From: Dehalococcoidia bacterium
Lineage (GTDB): Bacteria; Chloroflexota; Dehalococcoidia; GIF9; AB-539-J10
NCBI GenBank assembly: GCA_030612025.1
Contig: JAUWOR010000008.1
Location: 29,849 to 93,848 of the forward strand
DNA: 64,000 nt
Direction: 5' to 3'
In this document: positions 9,902-20,600 of the stretch, piece by piece
How positions within the stretch are numbered: position 1 is the stretch's first letter
How the letters are laid out: the number at the start of each line of letters is the position of its first letter
Translations under genes and position numbers: made by a program
The notes under the pieces: model-generated
Told to the model about the DNA's origin: nothing
Database searches by the model: none
What the model saw: only the letters and a program-made list of their open reading frames with translations

Positions 9902-10243
9902 TGGATGACCTCCTTTCTTAATAATATTTGGCTAGAGTCTCGGTCATCCAACGTCTGTAAATGGAACTAAAGGAATTTTTTCCAGAGAATCGGTAACCTG
10001 AACTTATAACCACTGTGATAAGTATATATGTTAATGGTAAAATTTGCAAATTAATCAAGCTTGGCCGATGCAGAAACTAAAGTTTTAACTGCAAAACCAC
10101 CTTGCGGTTCTCCCTCCCGCTAGGGGAGGGAGATAGAGGGAAGGAGAGTTTACCCTCACCTACCCTCTCTTGTAAGGAAGAAAAAATTCATTACATGAGA
10201 GGGATTTTATAAGATATTATGCGGAACACTATGATTTAGGGAG

Positions 10244-11170
10244 ATGCATAAAGGAAAACTAAAGTCGAAATTCTTGGGATGCTTGATAGGGGCAGCCATA
10301 GGTGATGGGCTTGGCGCTTGGCGAGAAGGAAGGAGGATAGCTGAAAAAGAAGATATTGCCTCCTTAGCTGAGAGGGTGGAAGAGCTAGCTTATACCGATG
10401 ACACTCACATGACAATCGGTGTGGTGGAATCGCTGATACAAAGCAGGGGCTTTGATGGAGAGCATATGGCCCAAACTTTTATCAAAAACTATGAAGCTGA
10501 GCCATGGCGTGGCTATGGACCAGGGCCACCCAGAGTTTTTAGGATGATAAAGAGGGGTGAGCCATGGGATAGTGCCGCAAGCAAAATCTATAGGGGTGGC
10601 TCATTTGGAAACGGGTCAGCGATGAGAGTGGCACCAATAGGACTCCTATATTCTAATAACCCAGCCAAGTTGAGGGAGATTGCTTACAAATCAAGTTCTA
10701 TTACCCATTTTCACGAATTAGGCAAGGAAGGAGCAGCCCTCCAAGCTTATGCTGTAGCCTTAGCCCTGAATACTCCCTCGGATGAAGAAATTGATCGGGA
10801 AGCTTTTCTTCTAAAACTCCAGAACTTTGCCCAAACCCAGTTATATAAGGAAAAGATAGCCAACACGAAAGAGCTACTGGGCGAGCAAGATAGGGCAAGG
10901 GTGGTTGCTGTGCTGGGAAATGGTATAGAGGCGTTAAACTCAGTGCCAACTGCCATCTATTGCTTCCTAAAGCAGCCGAAATCCTATAAGGATTCAGTGA
11001 TTTATGCCATAAGCTTAGGCGGCGATACTGATACCATAGCTTCCATGGCTGGGGCTATCTTAGGAGCCTACCTGGGTATAGAGGCCATTCCACAAGAGTG
11101 GAGACTAAAACTCGAAAACAAGGCTTATATCGAAGGTTTAGCAGAAAGGTTGTGGCAAGCTGCAACGTGA
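10244..11170 (+). CDS. ADP-ribosylglycohydrolase (DraG/ARH family)
   Basis: GAAIGDGLG, YTDDT, GNGSAMRVAP, GGDTDT. Confidence 0.93.
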   Translation: MHKGKLKSKFLGCLIGAAIGDGLGAWREGRRIAEKEDIASLAERVEELAYTDDTHMTIGVVESLIQSRGFDGEHMAQTFIKNYEAEPWRGYGPGPPRVFRMIKRGEPWDSAASKIYRGGSFGNGSAMRVAPIGLLYSNNPAKLREIAYKSSSITHFHELGKEGAALQAYAVALALNTPSDEEIDREAFLLKLQNFAQTQLYKEKIANTKELLGEQDRARVVAVLGNGIEALNSVPTAIYCFLKQPKSYKDSVIYAISLGGDTDTIASMAGAILGAYLGIEAIPQEWRLKLENKAYIEGLAERLWQAAT

Positions 11171-11208
11171 ATTTTGCCTCACCATGGTACCAAGGACAAA
11201 GGGGGCGG

Positions 11209-12189
11209 CTATACATGGAACTCAACTATGTCTCCATCCTGAAGCACATGTTCCCGGCTGACTCTCTGCCCATCATACTTCCCCGAGCCCCAAACAACAG
11301 CATATTTCAATTTGTCTTTAAAATCTTTATGGATAGATTCAGCAGCGTCCTTCACAGTGCTGCCCATTTTCAGTATTACAGGATCGGTTAAGTCAGCCTT
11401 GCCTCCCGGGGTTTTGGTATAAACTCGGAAAATGCCCAGAGCTTGGTAAATTGTTTCCTTCAATTCCTCTAAGCCAATTCCTTCCCTGGCAGAGACCGAA
11501 ATCATAGGAAATAATGTGCCATATTGCGAATCTAACCTTTTCCAGTTGCTGGTCGAACCTTCCATATCATACTTATTGCCAATGAGCAAAATTTTCTTTT
11601 GATAGCTCCCTAGAGTTGCTTCTTTAGCATTATCCGTCACGGGCTCTATTCTGGCCTCTTTTAACTCCTGAAGAGTATTCTCCACCTGGCTTACCGACTC
11701 AATACTGAGGTCTACCACAATAGCAATAAGGTCAGCTCCCCTAAGTGTGTTAGCTAGCAATGTTCGCACATCTCTATGCCCTATAGGTGGCGTATCAACC
11801 AGTTGAATCTGGATATTCTCAAAACCCATCATTCCTGGGATGAGAGTTTGGGTGGTAAAAGGATATGCCGCTATCTCAGGAGACGCCTCGGTGACTGCTG
11901 CCAATAGCTGTGATTTCCCCACGTTGGTTGGACCTACTAGTATTACTTGCCCAGCTCCTTCCCTTCGAATATAGAAACCTGCTCTTCTGGCTGTAGCATA
12001 TTTCTTTTCCGCTTCCTGTGATAACCTGGCAATCTTCCGCCTTAGCCCTGCGTGGAGCTTATCAGTGCCCTTATGTTTGGGCATAATGGCAAGCATGAGT
12101 TGCAAAGCCTCAATTTTTTCCTCTGGGTCCTTAGCTAATCTATACTTTTTCTCGGCTTCAAAGTATTGTGGCGGTAAGTTCGCTGGCAT
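11209..12189 (-). CDS. OBG/DRG-family GTPase with TGS domain
   Basis: MPANLPP, PKHKGT, GPTNVGKS, YPFTT, DTP, NKYD, C-terminal TGS (IHKDF, LQDGDIVE). Confidence 0.92.
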   Translation of the reverse strand: MPANLPPQYFEAEKKYRLAKDPEEKIEALQLMLAIMPKHKGTDKLHAGLRRKIARLSQEAEKKYATARRAGFYIRREGAGQVILVGPTNVGKSQLLAAVTEASPEIAAYPFTTQTLIPGMMGFENIQIQLVDTPPIGHRDVRTLLANTLRGADLIAIVVDLSIESVSQVENTLQELKEARIEPVTDNAKEATLGSYQKKILLIGNKYDMEGSTSNWKRLDSQYGTLFPMISVSAREGIGLEELKETIYQALGIFRVYTKTPGGKADLTDPVILKMGSTVKDAAESIHKDFKDKLKYAVVWGSGKYDGQRVSREHVLQDGDIVEFHV

Positions 12190-12290
12190 ACACCTATTTT
12201 AACACCTTTAAAGGAAGGCAAGTACGGAATATAGACAAACTTCCTTGCAAGCTGGTATAAATATCCCAACAAGCCATTAAGCAATTTGGA

Positions 12291-13301
12291 TTGACAAATC
12301 TTTCCCTATTAGATGCAGCCAAGCTTATCCAGAGGGGAATACGCAATTATATAACTAATCGCCCCTTAGTAGTCTCTTTCGAGGTGACACTTTCCTGTAA
12401 TTGCAACTGCCGACACTGTGACCTTGGCGGCATAATAAAAGACGAAAAGCAGCTTAAACCAGATGATTATGCTAGGTTAAGCAGACTCCTAAATCCACCC
12501 GTGGTGCAAATCTCTGGCGGTGAACCACTTCTACGTAAAGATATAGTAGATGTAGTCAAGGCTATCAAACAATCTAAAGGGGTACCCTGCTTAATATTTG
12601 TCACCAATGGGGCACTACTAAATGAGGATGTCTATCTACAACTGCATGAAGCTGGGGTAAACCAGCTTTTAGTATCGCTTGATTTCCCTGATGAACGACA
12701 TGATGAATTCCGACGGCGACCAGGTCTGGATAAACATCTGGAGCGAACAATTCCGAAGTTAGCAAGCTTTAGCCACCGGGACATTATTTTGAACACAGCC
12801 ATAACGAAAGCCAACCTAAAAGATATATTGCCTTTAGCCCAAAAAGCCATGAATTGGCATGTATTCATATTGTAGAGTGCCTATACTTCACAGCGAACAG
12901 GTGACAAGGCTTACTCCGTCAATGATGAGAAGGATTTAGAGCTTTTGCGTAAAACTATTTATGCGCTGATAGAATTAAAGAGGCATGGCAATCATATAAC
13001 CAACTCTAAAGCTGTACTTTTAAATACCCTGAAGTTCTTTGAACGAGGCTACCGGCCAAATTGTAAGGCTGGTATAAGATTCTTTGTCATAATGCCTGAT
13101 GGAAGCTTCGTCCCCGGCTCATTGCATCGCAACAAATATTCCAGTCAAAAAGAAATGATAGAAAGCTTCTCACGAACTAACCAATGTGGTGGCTGTTATG
13201 TAGCCATAAGGGCTTATAGCGATCGCTCACTTTGGGGATTATTGAAAGATACTCCAGCATATGGCAAACGACTTTTCGCTCACCCCAAGGGGATTACATA
13301 G
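12291..13301 (+). pseudogene. radical SAM/SPASM protein interrupted by in-frame TAG
   Basis: CNCNCRHC, SGGEP, VTNG; TAG at 12873-12875; the same frame continues to the SPASM-like CKAG...PDG...CGGC. Confidence 0.75.
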
Positions 13302-13331
13302 ATAGGGTGTAACTTAAACCAAAACCCTGAA

Positions 13332-14036
13332 TCACCATAGCTGGGGCAAGAACCTAAATGCCCCATATCCCAAGTAAGCCTCAACGAGGCACCTAATTAG
13401 CCGGCCGGCAAAGCAGGCAAGGATAAACTTCCACAGAGGAAACTTAGCTGACCCGGCAACAATCCCGATGAGGTCAAAAATAAGTACCGGCAACAAGGCA
13501 AAAAGGAAGATGGCAAAGCTCCCATACCTCTTCATCCAGAATTCAGCCTTGTTGTATTTTTCTGAATATTTATCGAGGATTATCTTTCTCCCCAAATAGC
13601 CAACAACATAGCTGCTCAGTTCCCCTAAAGTAGCACCTGCCGCAGCTACCACTCCAAGCAATAAGGGATCGAATAACGGTTCTAAAGTTAAGGGATCTAA
13701 AGCTGCTCCTGCCCCTATTATGACTGCTTCCCAGGGAAGGGGGAAAAGAATAGTGACGCAACTAAGAGATACCAAAAATATTCCGAGATAGCCATAAGCC
13801 AGAAATTTCTCCAAATCCAGATAAGAGCGGGCAAGGAAAAAAATCGCTGCGGATAAAGCAAAGACCAAAATAAAAGCTGATATTTGGAAAGACTTGCGAG
13901 TTACAACTTTCTCCCGAAGGAATTGAACTTTGGAAGCAATGCTCATCTTGCCCAAACTATACCACACCTTTTTTCGTTTTCCTGCCAATGGTGTGCCAAA
14001 TACCTCATTTGCTATATAAGAGACTTGAGCCATCAC
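13332..14036 (-). CDS. VTT/DedA (YqaA-like) membrane protein
   Basis: GATLGELSSY..GY.G, FALLP..FDL.GI.AG, GRLIR; true start may be downstream. Confidence 0.85.
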   Translation of the reverse strand: MMAQVSYIANEVFGTPLAGKRKKVWYSLGKMSIASKVQFLREKVVTRKSFQISAFILVFALSAAIFFLARSYLDLEKFLAYGYLGIFLVSLSCVTILFPLPWEAVIIGAGAALDPLTLEPLFDPLLLGVVAAAGATLGELSSYVVGYLGRKIILDKYSEKYNKAEFWMKRYGSFAIFLFALLPVLIFDLIGIVAGSAKFPLWKFILACFAGRLIRCLVEAYLGYGAFRFLPQLW

Positions 14037-14125
14037 GTAAAAGAATTCATTTAAGTAGCCTAGCTATGATACAATAGTCTCACTACGGTCAAGCTGAATT
14101 TAAGCTAATAAAAAGGAGGCCTGAG

Positions 14126-14674
14126 GTAAGGTGGAGATATTCCATCCCCATAATTGTAAGCTTGGTGATTTCGTTTGGTTGTGCCCCACAGGGGGTTGGA
14201 CCACCGCTGACTGGCGAAGAAACGAAGCGGATAATCGAGGTAGAAGCTGCTGACCAAACATTGCTTTACCGATGTCAATCTATCTGGTCGGCGGAGAGGT
14301 TCTCAGAACTCTCAGAGAATGACTTAAAAGCAAGATTCAAAGAAAAATATAACGTAGATGCTCGGGAATTTAAATTCTCCTTTGAGCCAGCAAATCACTC
14401 AACTGTAACCAAGTGCAATATTTATGGCACTATTACAAAAAGTAGGAATAGTTATACAGCTGACTTACTTTGGTTTTTGAGACCTCTCGGGTTAGACTTT
14501 ATCAATGACGCTTTTGAGGAATCCAACCATGGGCTTTCCTAGAAGGGATGTGTCAATGGTATTCCAATGAGTATTGAGGTTAAGTGCCCACCACAAGACT
14601 GTGTCTATGAGGCTTGGCAACGTCCAGTTGGCCACTGCCATGGACATATATGGTGGCCAGTCTCTTCTGAATAA
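14126..14674 (+). pseudogene. putative lipoprotein pseudogene (GTA at expected start, in-frame TAG)
   Basis: AGGAGG SD then GTA; lipobox-like SFGC; TAG at 14540-14542, frame stays open to TAA 14672-14674 (GHCHGHIWWP). Confidence 0.6.
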
Positions 14675-14688
14675 AGTTAAGGGGAAAA

Positions 14689-15333
14689 ATGAAGATTACA
14701 ATTGTTTACGACAACGAAGTAAAGAAGGAGGGACTAAAGGCAGATTGGGGATTTTCCGCTCTTATAGAAAATGAAAAGGCGCCGCCAATTCTGTTTGATA
14801 CCGGTGCCGATGGCACCACATTGCTACACAATATGAAAGAACTAGACATTGACCCCAAAAATATAGGGATAATAGTGCTCTCACATGCTCATTGGGACCA
14901 CACTGGAGGGCTTTCTGAGATTCTCAAGCAAAATGAAACCGCTGAGTTTTACATCCCAAGCTCGTTTAGAAGGGCATTTCCTGCTAGGAAGATAACTACT
15001 GTGGGCAAAGAGGCTATTCAAATTTGCCAAGATGTCTTTTCCACTGGCGAACTCGGAGGCACAGAGCAGTCCTTGGCCCTCAAGATTGATAAGGGAATAT
15101 TTGTGGTAACAGGTTGCTCTCACCCGGGAGTGGGGAATATCCTGAAGGCTGCCTCAAAATTTGGAAGGCTCTATGGAATCGCCGGCGGGTTTCATGGGTT
15201 TCGTGACTTTAAGGCTTTAGATGAACTATCGCTAATTTACCCCTGTCATTGCACTCAATATAAAAGGGAGATAAGAGAGCTATTTAAGGATAAAGCTTTG
15301 GAATGTGGAGCCGGATTGGTAATCCAATTGTAG
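14689..15333 (+). CDS. MBL-fold metallo-hydrolase
   Basis: ILFDTG, SHAHWDHTGG, GCSHPG, GGFH, PCHCT. Confidence 0.92.
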   Translation: MKITIVYDNEVKKEGLKADWGFSALIENEKAPPILFDTGADGTTLLHNMKELDIDPKNIGIIVLSHAHWDHTGGLSEILKQNETAEFYIPSSFRRAFPARKITTVGKEAIQICQDVFSTGELGGTEQSLALKIDKGIFVVTGCSHPGVGNILKAASKFGRLYGIAGGFHGFRDFKALDELSLIYPCHCTQYKREIRELFKDKALECGAGLVIQL

Positions 15334-15334
15334 C

Positions 15335-16021
15335 CTATGAACCTCCGTAATCTCTTTCTCCAAATATCTTAGTTCCTATTCTAACTATATTGGCACCTTC
15401 CTCTATGGCAATTTTATAGGAGTTTGTCATCCCCATGGAAAGATATTTCATCTCTACATTGGGTAAATCAAGCCCCTTAATCCTTTCAAATATCTTTCTT
15501 GTCTCCACAAAATAAGGTCGGGCATCTTCAGGGTTTCCAAAACGAGGTCCCATAGTCATAAGTCCCATTACTTTGATGTTCCTGAGGTTTGAGACATCTC
15601 TTACCAATTGCTCCGCGTCCTCTGGGAATACCCCTGATTTTTGTTCTTCTCGACCGCTATTTATCTCAATTAATACTGGCATTACTTTGCCAATTTGAGC
15701 ACATCTCCTATCAATTTCCTTTGCTATTTCCAAAGAATCAACGGTTTCTATCATATCGAACATTTCCACCGTTTTTCTTCTTACATTATGCTTCTGAAGG
15801 GTCCCAATGAAATGCCATCTTGCTCTCTTCCCTACCACTTCATACGCCTTTTTTGCTTCCTGAACATAATTTTCCCCGATGATTTTTACTCCTGCCTGAA
15901 CCGCCTGCAGAATCTCCTCAGGTGTTCTTGCTTTCGCTGCTGCTACCAATTCGATACCATTTGGCAATTCAGCCAATATCCTTTGAATGTTTTGTTTAAT
16001 CAACGCAGCCACATCTACCAT
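15335..16021 (-). CDS. yggS: YggS family PLP homeostasis protein
   Basis: GENYVQE, WHFIG.LQ, GLMTM, LSMGMT, VRIGT.IFG. Confidence 0.95.
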   Translation of the reverse strand: MVDVAALIKQNIQRILAELPNGIELVAAAKARTPEEILQAVQAGVKIIGENYVQEAKKAYEVVGKRARWHFIGTLQKHNVRRKTVEMFDMIETVDSLEIAKEIDRRCAQIGKVMPVLIEINSGREEQKSGVFPEDAEQLVRDVSNLRNIKVMGLMTMGPRFGNPEDARPYFVETRKIFERIKGLDLPNVEMKYLSMGMTNSYKIAIEEGANIVRIGTKIFGERDYGGS

Positions 16022-16075
16022 CCAAACTTACAGCTTTATCTGCACTCTCAGAGCTTTGATTGTCTTAGTGATAAC

Positions 16076-16708
16076 TCAATCAAAATAGCCCCAGAACCAA
16101 AATCTGTCAGTTTGAGGATCGATATAATAGAACTTGTTACCGATAAAGCAACCATTCTTAAGATGATACCCATTGTCCCTAGCAACTAGAGTTACGGACA
16201 TCACATAGCCATCATCATAAGCATGAGCCTGCAACATGCGCGCAAAATCTTCGCAATCAAACTGATTAGGAATATACCTGTTACTATCAGTATCATCCTG
16301 CGAAAGCCAAAGTACCAACTCTTCTTCGCTTCGGAATTCTCTGAGGGGCCTCCCTGGTCCGGGTTTTGTTTTGTAAGCATCTTTCCAATACGCTATTTGC
16401 CATTGGAGATCTGCTATAGCATCCTCCTCTTCCGCTCCCCTTTTACTCATGACTTGATACTGATACTCCAAGGCCACATATTGATGCTCCAAATCTTCGT
16501 ACTTTTGGCTTAGGTAATCATATTGCTGGCTTAGGTAATCATTTCTTGAATTCAATTGCTCATATTCGCAGCTTAATTCAGCGTATGAAGCCTGGATTTG
16601 CTGTAACTCCTGCTTAACATTCCTAACATTGGAATGCTGGATACCACCAAATACACCTCCTACCACCAGTAAAGCTCCCAACACAGAAATTATAATGGTC
16701 TTTCCCAT
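16076..16708 (-). CDS. membrane-anchored coiled-coil protein with putative Cys-His-Asp domain
   Basis: N-terminal TM, heptad coiled coil, FDCEDFA / YH / YIDPQTD. Confidence 0.7.
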   Translation of the reverse strand: MGKTIIISVLGALLVVGGVFGGIQHSNVRNVKQELQQIQASYAELSCEYEQLNSRNDYLSQQYDYLSQKYEDLEHQYVALEYQYQVMSKRGAEEEDAIADLQWQIAYWKDAYKTKPGPGRPLREFRSEEELVLWLSQDDTDSNRYIPNQFDCEDFARMLQAHAYDDGYVMSVTLVARDNGYHLKNGCFIGNKFYYIDPQTDRFWFWGYFD

Positions 16709-16921
16709 AATTGTGCCCCCTTACTAATCCCCTTATTTCGTATTATGTTGATTGTCGCTTATCAATCCAGTAGCTGGGACGAGAGCTAAGGGAGTTTCCC
16801 TTTTTAACATATGCCATTGTATAGCACCACCCTCCACACCCCGTCTTTCAGATATAACCCCAAATCACAATGGTGCTTGATTTACAAACTGAGGAACTTT
16901 GAGCTTAATTTCATATTTAAT

Positions 16922-16966
16922 GTGAGCCGCCAAGGACTCGAACCCTGAACCGGCTGATTAAGAGTC
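16922..16966 (-). repeat. att site: duplicated 3' half of tRNA-Lys
   Basis: GTGAGCCGCCAAGGACTCGAACCCTGAACCGGCTGATTAAGAGTC; identity stops just past the anticodon loop. Confidence 0.9.
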
Positions 16967-17104
16967 GCAAGCGAACTATACCACCCGATGCTCCCAAATA
17001 GCAAGACGTGCTATAAGGTTTGAGGATTAGACTCATTTTGTATCTGAGGTGGCATCAGGTGCTGGGGCATGCTCAGAAGTTTGTTAGCAAAATGTTAGCA
17101 AAAC

Positions 17105-17263
17105 TTAGGAGCTTGGGAGAGTCTCTGGTTGGTTCGGTTCTTCCCTCTTTTCCTGGGAAATTTCTAGCCTGGCGCCACACTTGAGGCAGGTTTGGTGGTC
17201 TGGCTCAAGCAATGCCCAGCCATAACAGTGGTAACCACATTTGGGACATTTTCCTTCTGGCAT
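17105..17263 (-). CDS. small zinc-ribbon protein (52 aa, not in ORF track)
   Basis: MPEGKCPKCGYHCYGWALLEPDHQTCLKCGARLEI...; AGGAGGAG SD, directly after the HTH gene. Confidence 0.7.
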   Translation of the reverse strand: MPEGKCPKCGYHCYGWALLEPDHQTCLKCGARLEISQEKREEPNQPETLPSS

Positions 17264-17266
17264 CGT

Positions 17267-17572
17267 TCACTCCTCCTTCAGAAGGGCGTCGACATCCTGG
17301 CGGCGGAATCTCCTATCATGGCGGGGGCCAATACGGTATGATTTTAGTATTCCGTTTTCACTCCAGTGTCTCACAGTATTGGGATGCAACCCAAGCAACT
17401 GAGCTACACCGCTTGTCGTGAGCATAGCCCCAGAGGCTTTTTGCGGTGATGGTTTCTCCGTGGCAATTTGCCTGACTCGCTCACGACTTATGCCCAACCT
17501 GCGACCGATTTCGGCATAACTTAACTCGGCCTTCCTTAACTCAACTACCTCATCCCGCGAAGTCATTAGCAC
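17267..17572 (-). CDS. double-HTH protein (sigma-r4-like + excisionase-like HTH_17)
   Basis: LSYAEIGRRLGISRERVRQ and MLTTSGVAQLLGLHPNTVRHW....L..YRIG...RRF. Confidence 0.85.
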   Translation of the reverse strand: MLMTSRDEVVELRKAELSYAEIGRRLGISRERVRQIATEKPSPQKASGAMLTTSGVAQLLGLHPNTVRHWSENGILKSYRIGPRHDRRFRRQDVDALLKEE

Positions 17573-17598
17573 TGTCAGCCTCCTATAAATCCCGGGTT

Positions 17599-17622
17599 AG
17601 GGAGTCCCTTTTATGGGACTCC
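17599..17622. terminator. hairpin/terminator downstream of surface protein gene
   Basis: GGGAGTCCC-TTTTAT-GGGACTCCC. Confidence 0.55.
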
Positions 17623-17657
17623 CCTTCCGTGATTCTAGCCTTGAGTTTAGCCAATGT

Positions 17658-20600
17658 TTAGCCCTCAGCCCTGCGGCGCCTGATAACAATAAAGCTACCA
17701 GCTATTATAGCCATACCTATAACAATCCACGGCGCCAGAATAGCTGGCTTATTAACGGGGTAAGCCTCACCACCTACTGGAGGCGCTACTGGGTAGGATT
17801 TAGAATCATTGGGATCCGTCTCACCAGGGTCCACCCTCCCATTGCCATTGAGGTCCTCTTGACCATCCGAAAAGCCGTCGCCATCGGTGTCAGGATTCAA
17901 AGGATCGGTAGTCGTGGTAGGATCAGCATCGGGGATGAATACCGCTGGGTCGGTATCAACTCCCTGTGGTGCGGTGAGACCTTTCTCTGTGCCATCCTGG
18001 ACTCCATCACCATCTGTGTCTGGGTTGTTGGGGTCGGTTTCGCCGGCATCCACACAGCCATTCGCATTCATGTCCTCTGAGCTAGCAGGGCCATCCAACA
18101 GGCCATCGTCATCTGTATCCCCATCGTTGGGATCAGTTGTGGTGTCTGGACAACAATCCCCAGGACCACCCTCTTCGACGCAAGTTGGCAAGCCATCGCC
18201 GTCTGGATCGTCAGAGGGGGCAGTTAGCCAGGGTGTAACCGTCACGTCAGCGCTCGTTTTGTCTCCTGGCCCACCTGGGTTCTCATCGGGATCATCCGGT
18301 CCGCCGGCGTTGCCCCACCAGTTGTAGGTGGCGTCTACCACGTTGCCGGTGGTATCATTGACTCCGAAGTTCGTATTGCCGGAGATGTTGTTGCAGTTTA
18401 TTGGGTTGTCGTGGCAATTGGTACCTGCCAGCTTAATCCCTATATCGGTGTTCGAGGTGATGTCGTTGTTATAGATTTCGTTGCCGCTGGTATGGGGGCC
18501 ACACCCCCAGAACAGATAGATACCTTTCTCCGAGTTCCCAGTTATGAGGTTCCCGTATATCTCGTTGTCGGGTGAATTCTCCAACATGATGCCGACGGTG
18601 TTGTCCGAGATAGCGTTGTTGTCGTAGATCTCGTTGTCATGGGCGTTGAATAAGTATATACCATATCTAACGCCCCCTCCGGTGTTATGTGATACCTCGT
18701 TTTCGTATACCTTGTTGCCGTCGCATCCTATATCCATCCAGATGCCCTTCTTGTTGGAGTTAGTTGTATTGTCGTGTATCAGGTTGTTGTCTGCATACTG
18801 CATGAATATACCGGTATTCCTCCACCCAGTAATTGAGTTAAAAGTATTGCCGACAATTTCGTTGCCATTGGATTCATATACCTGTATGCCATAGTCCACC
18901 GCGTTATTTGAAAAATCGTTTCCGGATATGGTATTGTTATTTGCCGAGTTCTCCAGGTAAATGCCGTCCCCAAACTGCAAGTTGCTACCTATATTGTTGG
19001 ATATAGTGCAGCCAGATGCACCATCAAGCCATATGCCCCTAGCGGCATTTTGCACGGTGAAGCCGTCGAAGGTTACATTATCGGCTGTTATCTTAACAAC
19101 AGGATTCGGACCGGGCCCTCCACCATCTATAAACGTGTTCGCTGCTGTGCCATTGGACTGGATGGTTAGGTTGGCCTTATCCACGGTTATCGGGAAAGTC
19201 TCGCCAAGAGCAGCATTGTATGTGCCCTCCGCCACATGCACCGTGCTCCCAGAAACATTATCAATACCGTCTTGGATAGTGGCAAAGGCATCGTAGCCAA
19301 AGGTGTGCCCATCGGCTGGGTCACCAGGACTAAGGCTTGCCCAATCGTCGTCTACCCAGACTTCATCGGCTAGGGGCAGAAAACGAATGCCAATATCACC
19401 GCCGTCAGAACCAGCATTTTTGCATGGTGACCCACCTTGCAAGGTGTAATCTAATCCAGCCGCATTAGTCCATAGCGGGTCTTGGTTAATACAACCATTA
19501 GCCGCAAGCGCAAGCGTATCCCAGCCATCGTCTATATTGTTCCACGTGTCAGTATAAGTAACATTGGGTGCATCGATGCAAAAAGCTTCCCCTCCGTTTG
19601 CCACAATGCAGTCTCTAACTGTTCGTGTAGCCGCCCAATTGTTAAACCCATAACTCTGAAATACATTGGCTACACAGTTTTCAAACACAATTTCACCGGG
19701 ACACACCCAGTCAGCTTCAAAAGCACCATAACTATCATGAACTACGCAGTTAGAAACTGTCCATGTGCCGTCACAACTTCCAAAACGCATACCAAGGCCC
19801 TTATAGGAACTCTTGGCATTTTCTACCAGACAGTATTCAATAAACCCAACACTTCCAGATAGAGTGTGAAATATCCCTATACCCTTTGGTTTGGGATGCC
19901 AAAAGCCGCTACTGTCACCGGTAAACCAGATATGGTTATTCTGGATATAGACATTTGAGCATTCATGGATGTGGAGTGCTGCTAAGTCGTTCCCTGCGCT
20001 GGCCTCATTGTCGCCGCAGCGTTCAAATTTACAGCCGCGCACAACAATGTTACCGCCGCTCATTTTACGGAAATTTACGCCTACTCCTCCCTGGTTAGCA
20101 TCGTTGATGAAGGAACAGCTTTGCACCAGTATTGTATGCACATTCGGGTGATAATAATCCGGGCCTGATTGACCCTGTTGGTGATTGGTAATCATACCCC
20201 AAGCATAGTAATCCATAGGATTATTCTTCATGGTAAGCCCGACAAAACCAATATTGTTACTTGTTCCTTCCAGCCAAAAACCACGGTCTGCACTGGACGC
20301 TGGAGTTGGATTGGCTGAACAGTCAATAATCGGAGTATTACCACTTTTTGCCCGAACAATCAGTTTTTCTATGTTGTTTATGTGGATATTTCCGTCATAG
20401 ACAGCTTCATCCTGGATCTCAATGATAGCCCAATCATCTCCGTCACGCGTGAGAGCACCTTCAACAGCAATCTTCAGGGCATCACCACCACCTGTTACTG
20501 TCATCGTGGCAGCAGCATTTAATTTGCTCACCAAACCGTTGAAGGCCGCAGGCAAATCCGTGAATTCCCCCCACCGACCATTCGGGTCCCATATTACAGT

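Noticed and set aside
12873-14542. Genome-wide TAG reassignment
   Set aside because: TAG terminates intact genes here (ltaE, coaX, coaBC) and prfA is intact
16726-16753. dif-like TTATGTTGATT (also TTATGTTAAGC near 20848)
   Set aside because: Only the XerD-like half matches; the XerC arm is poor
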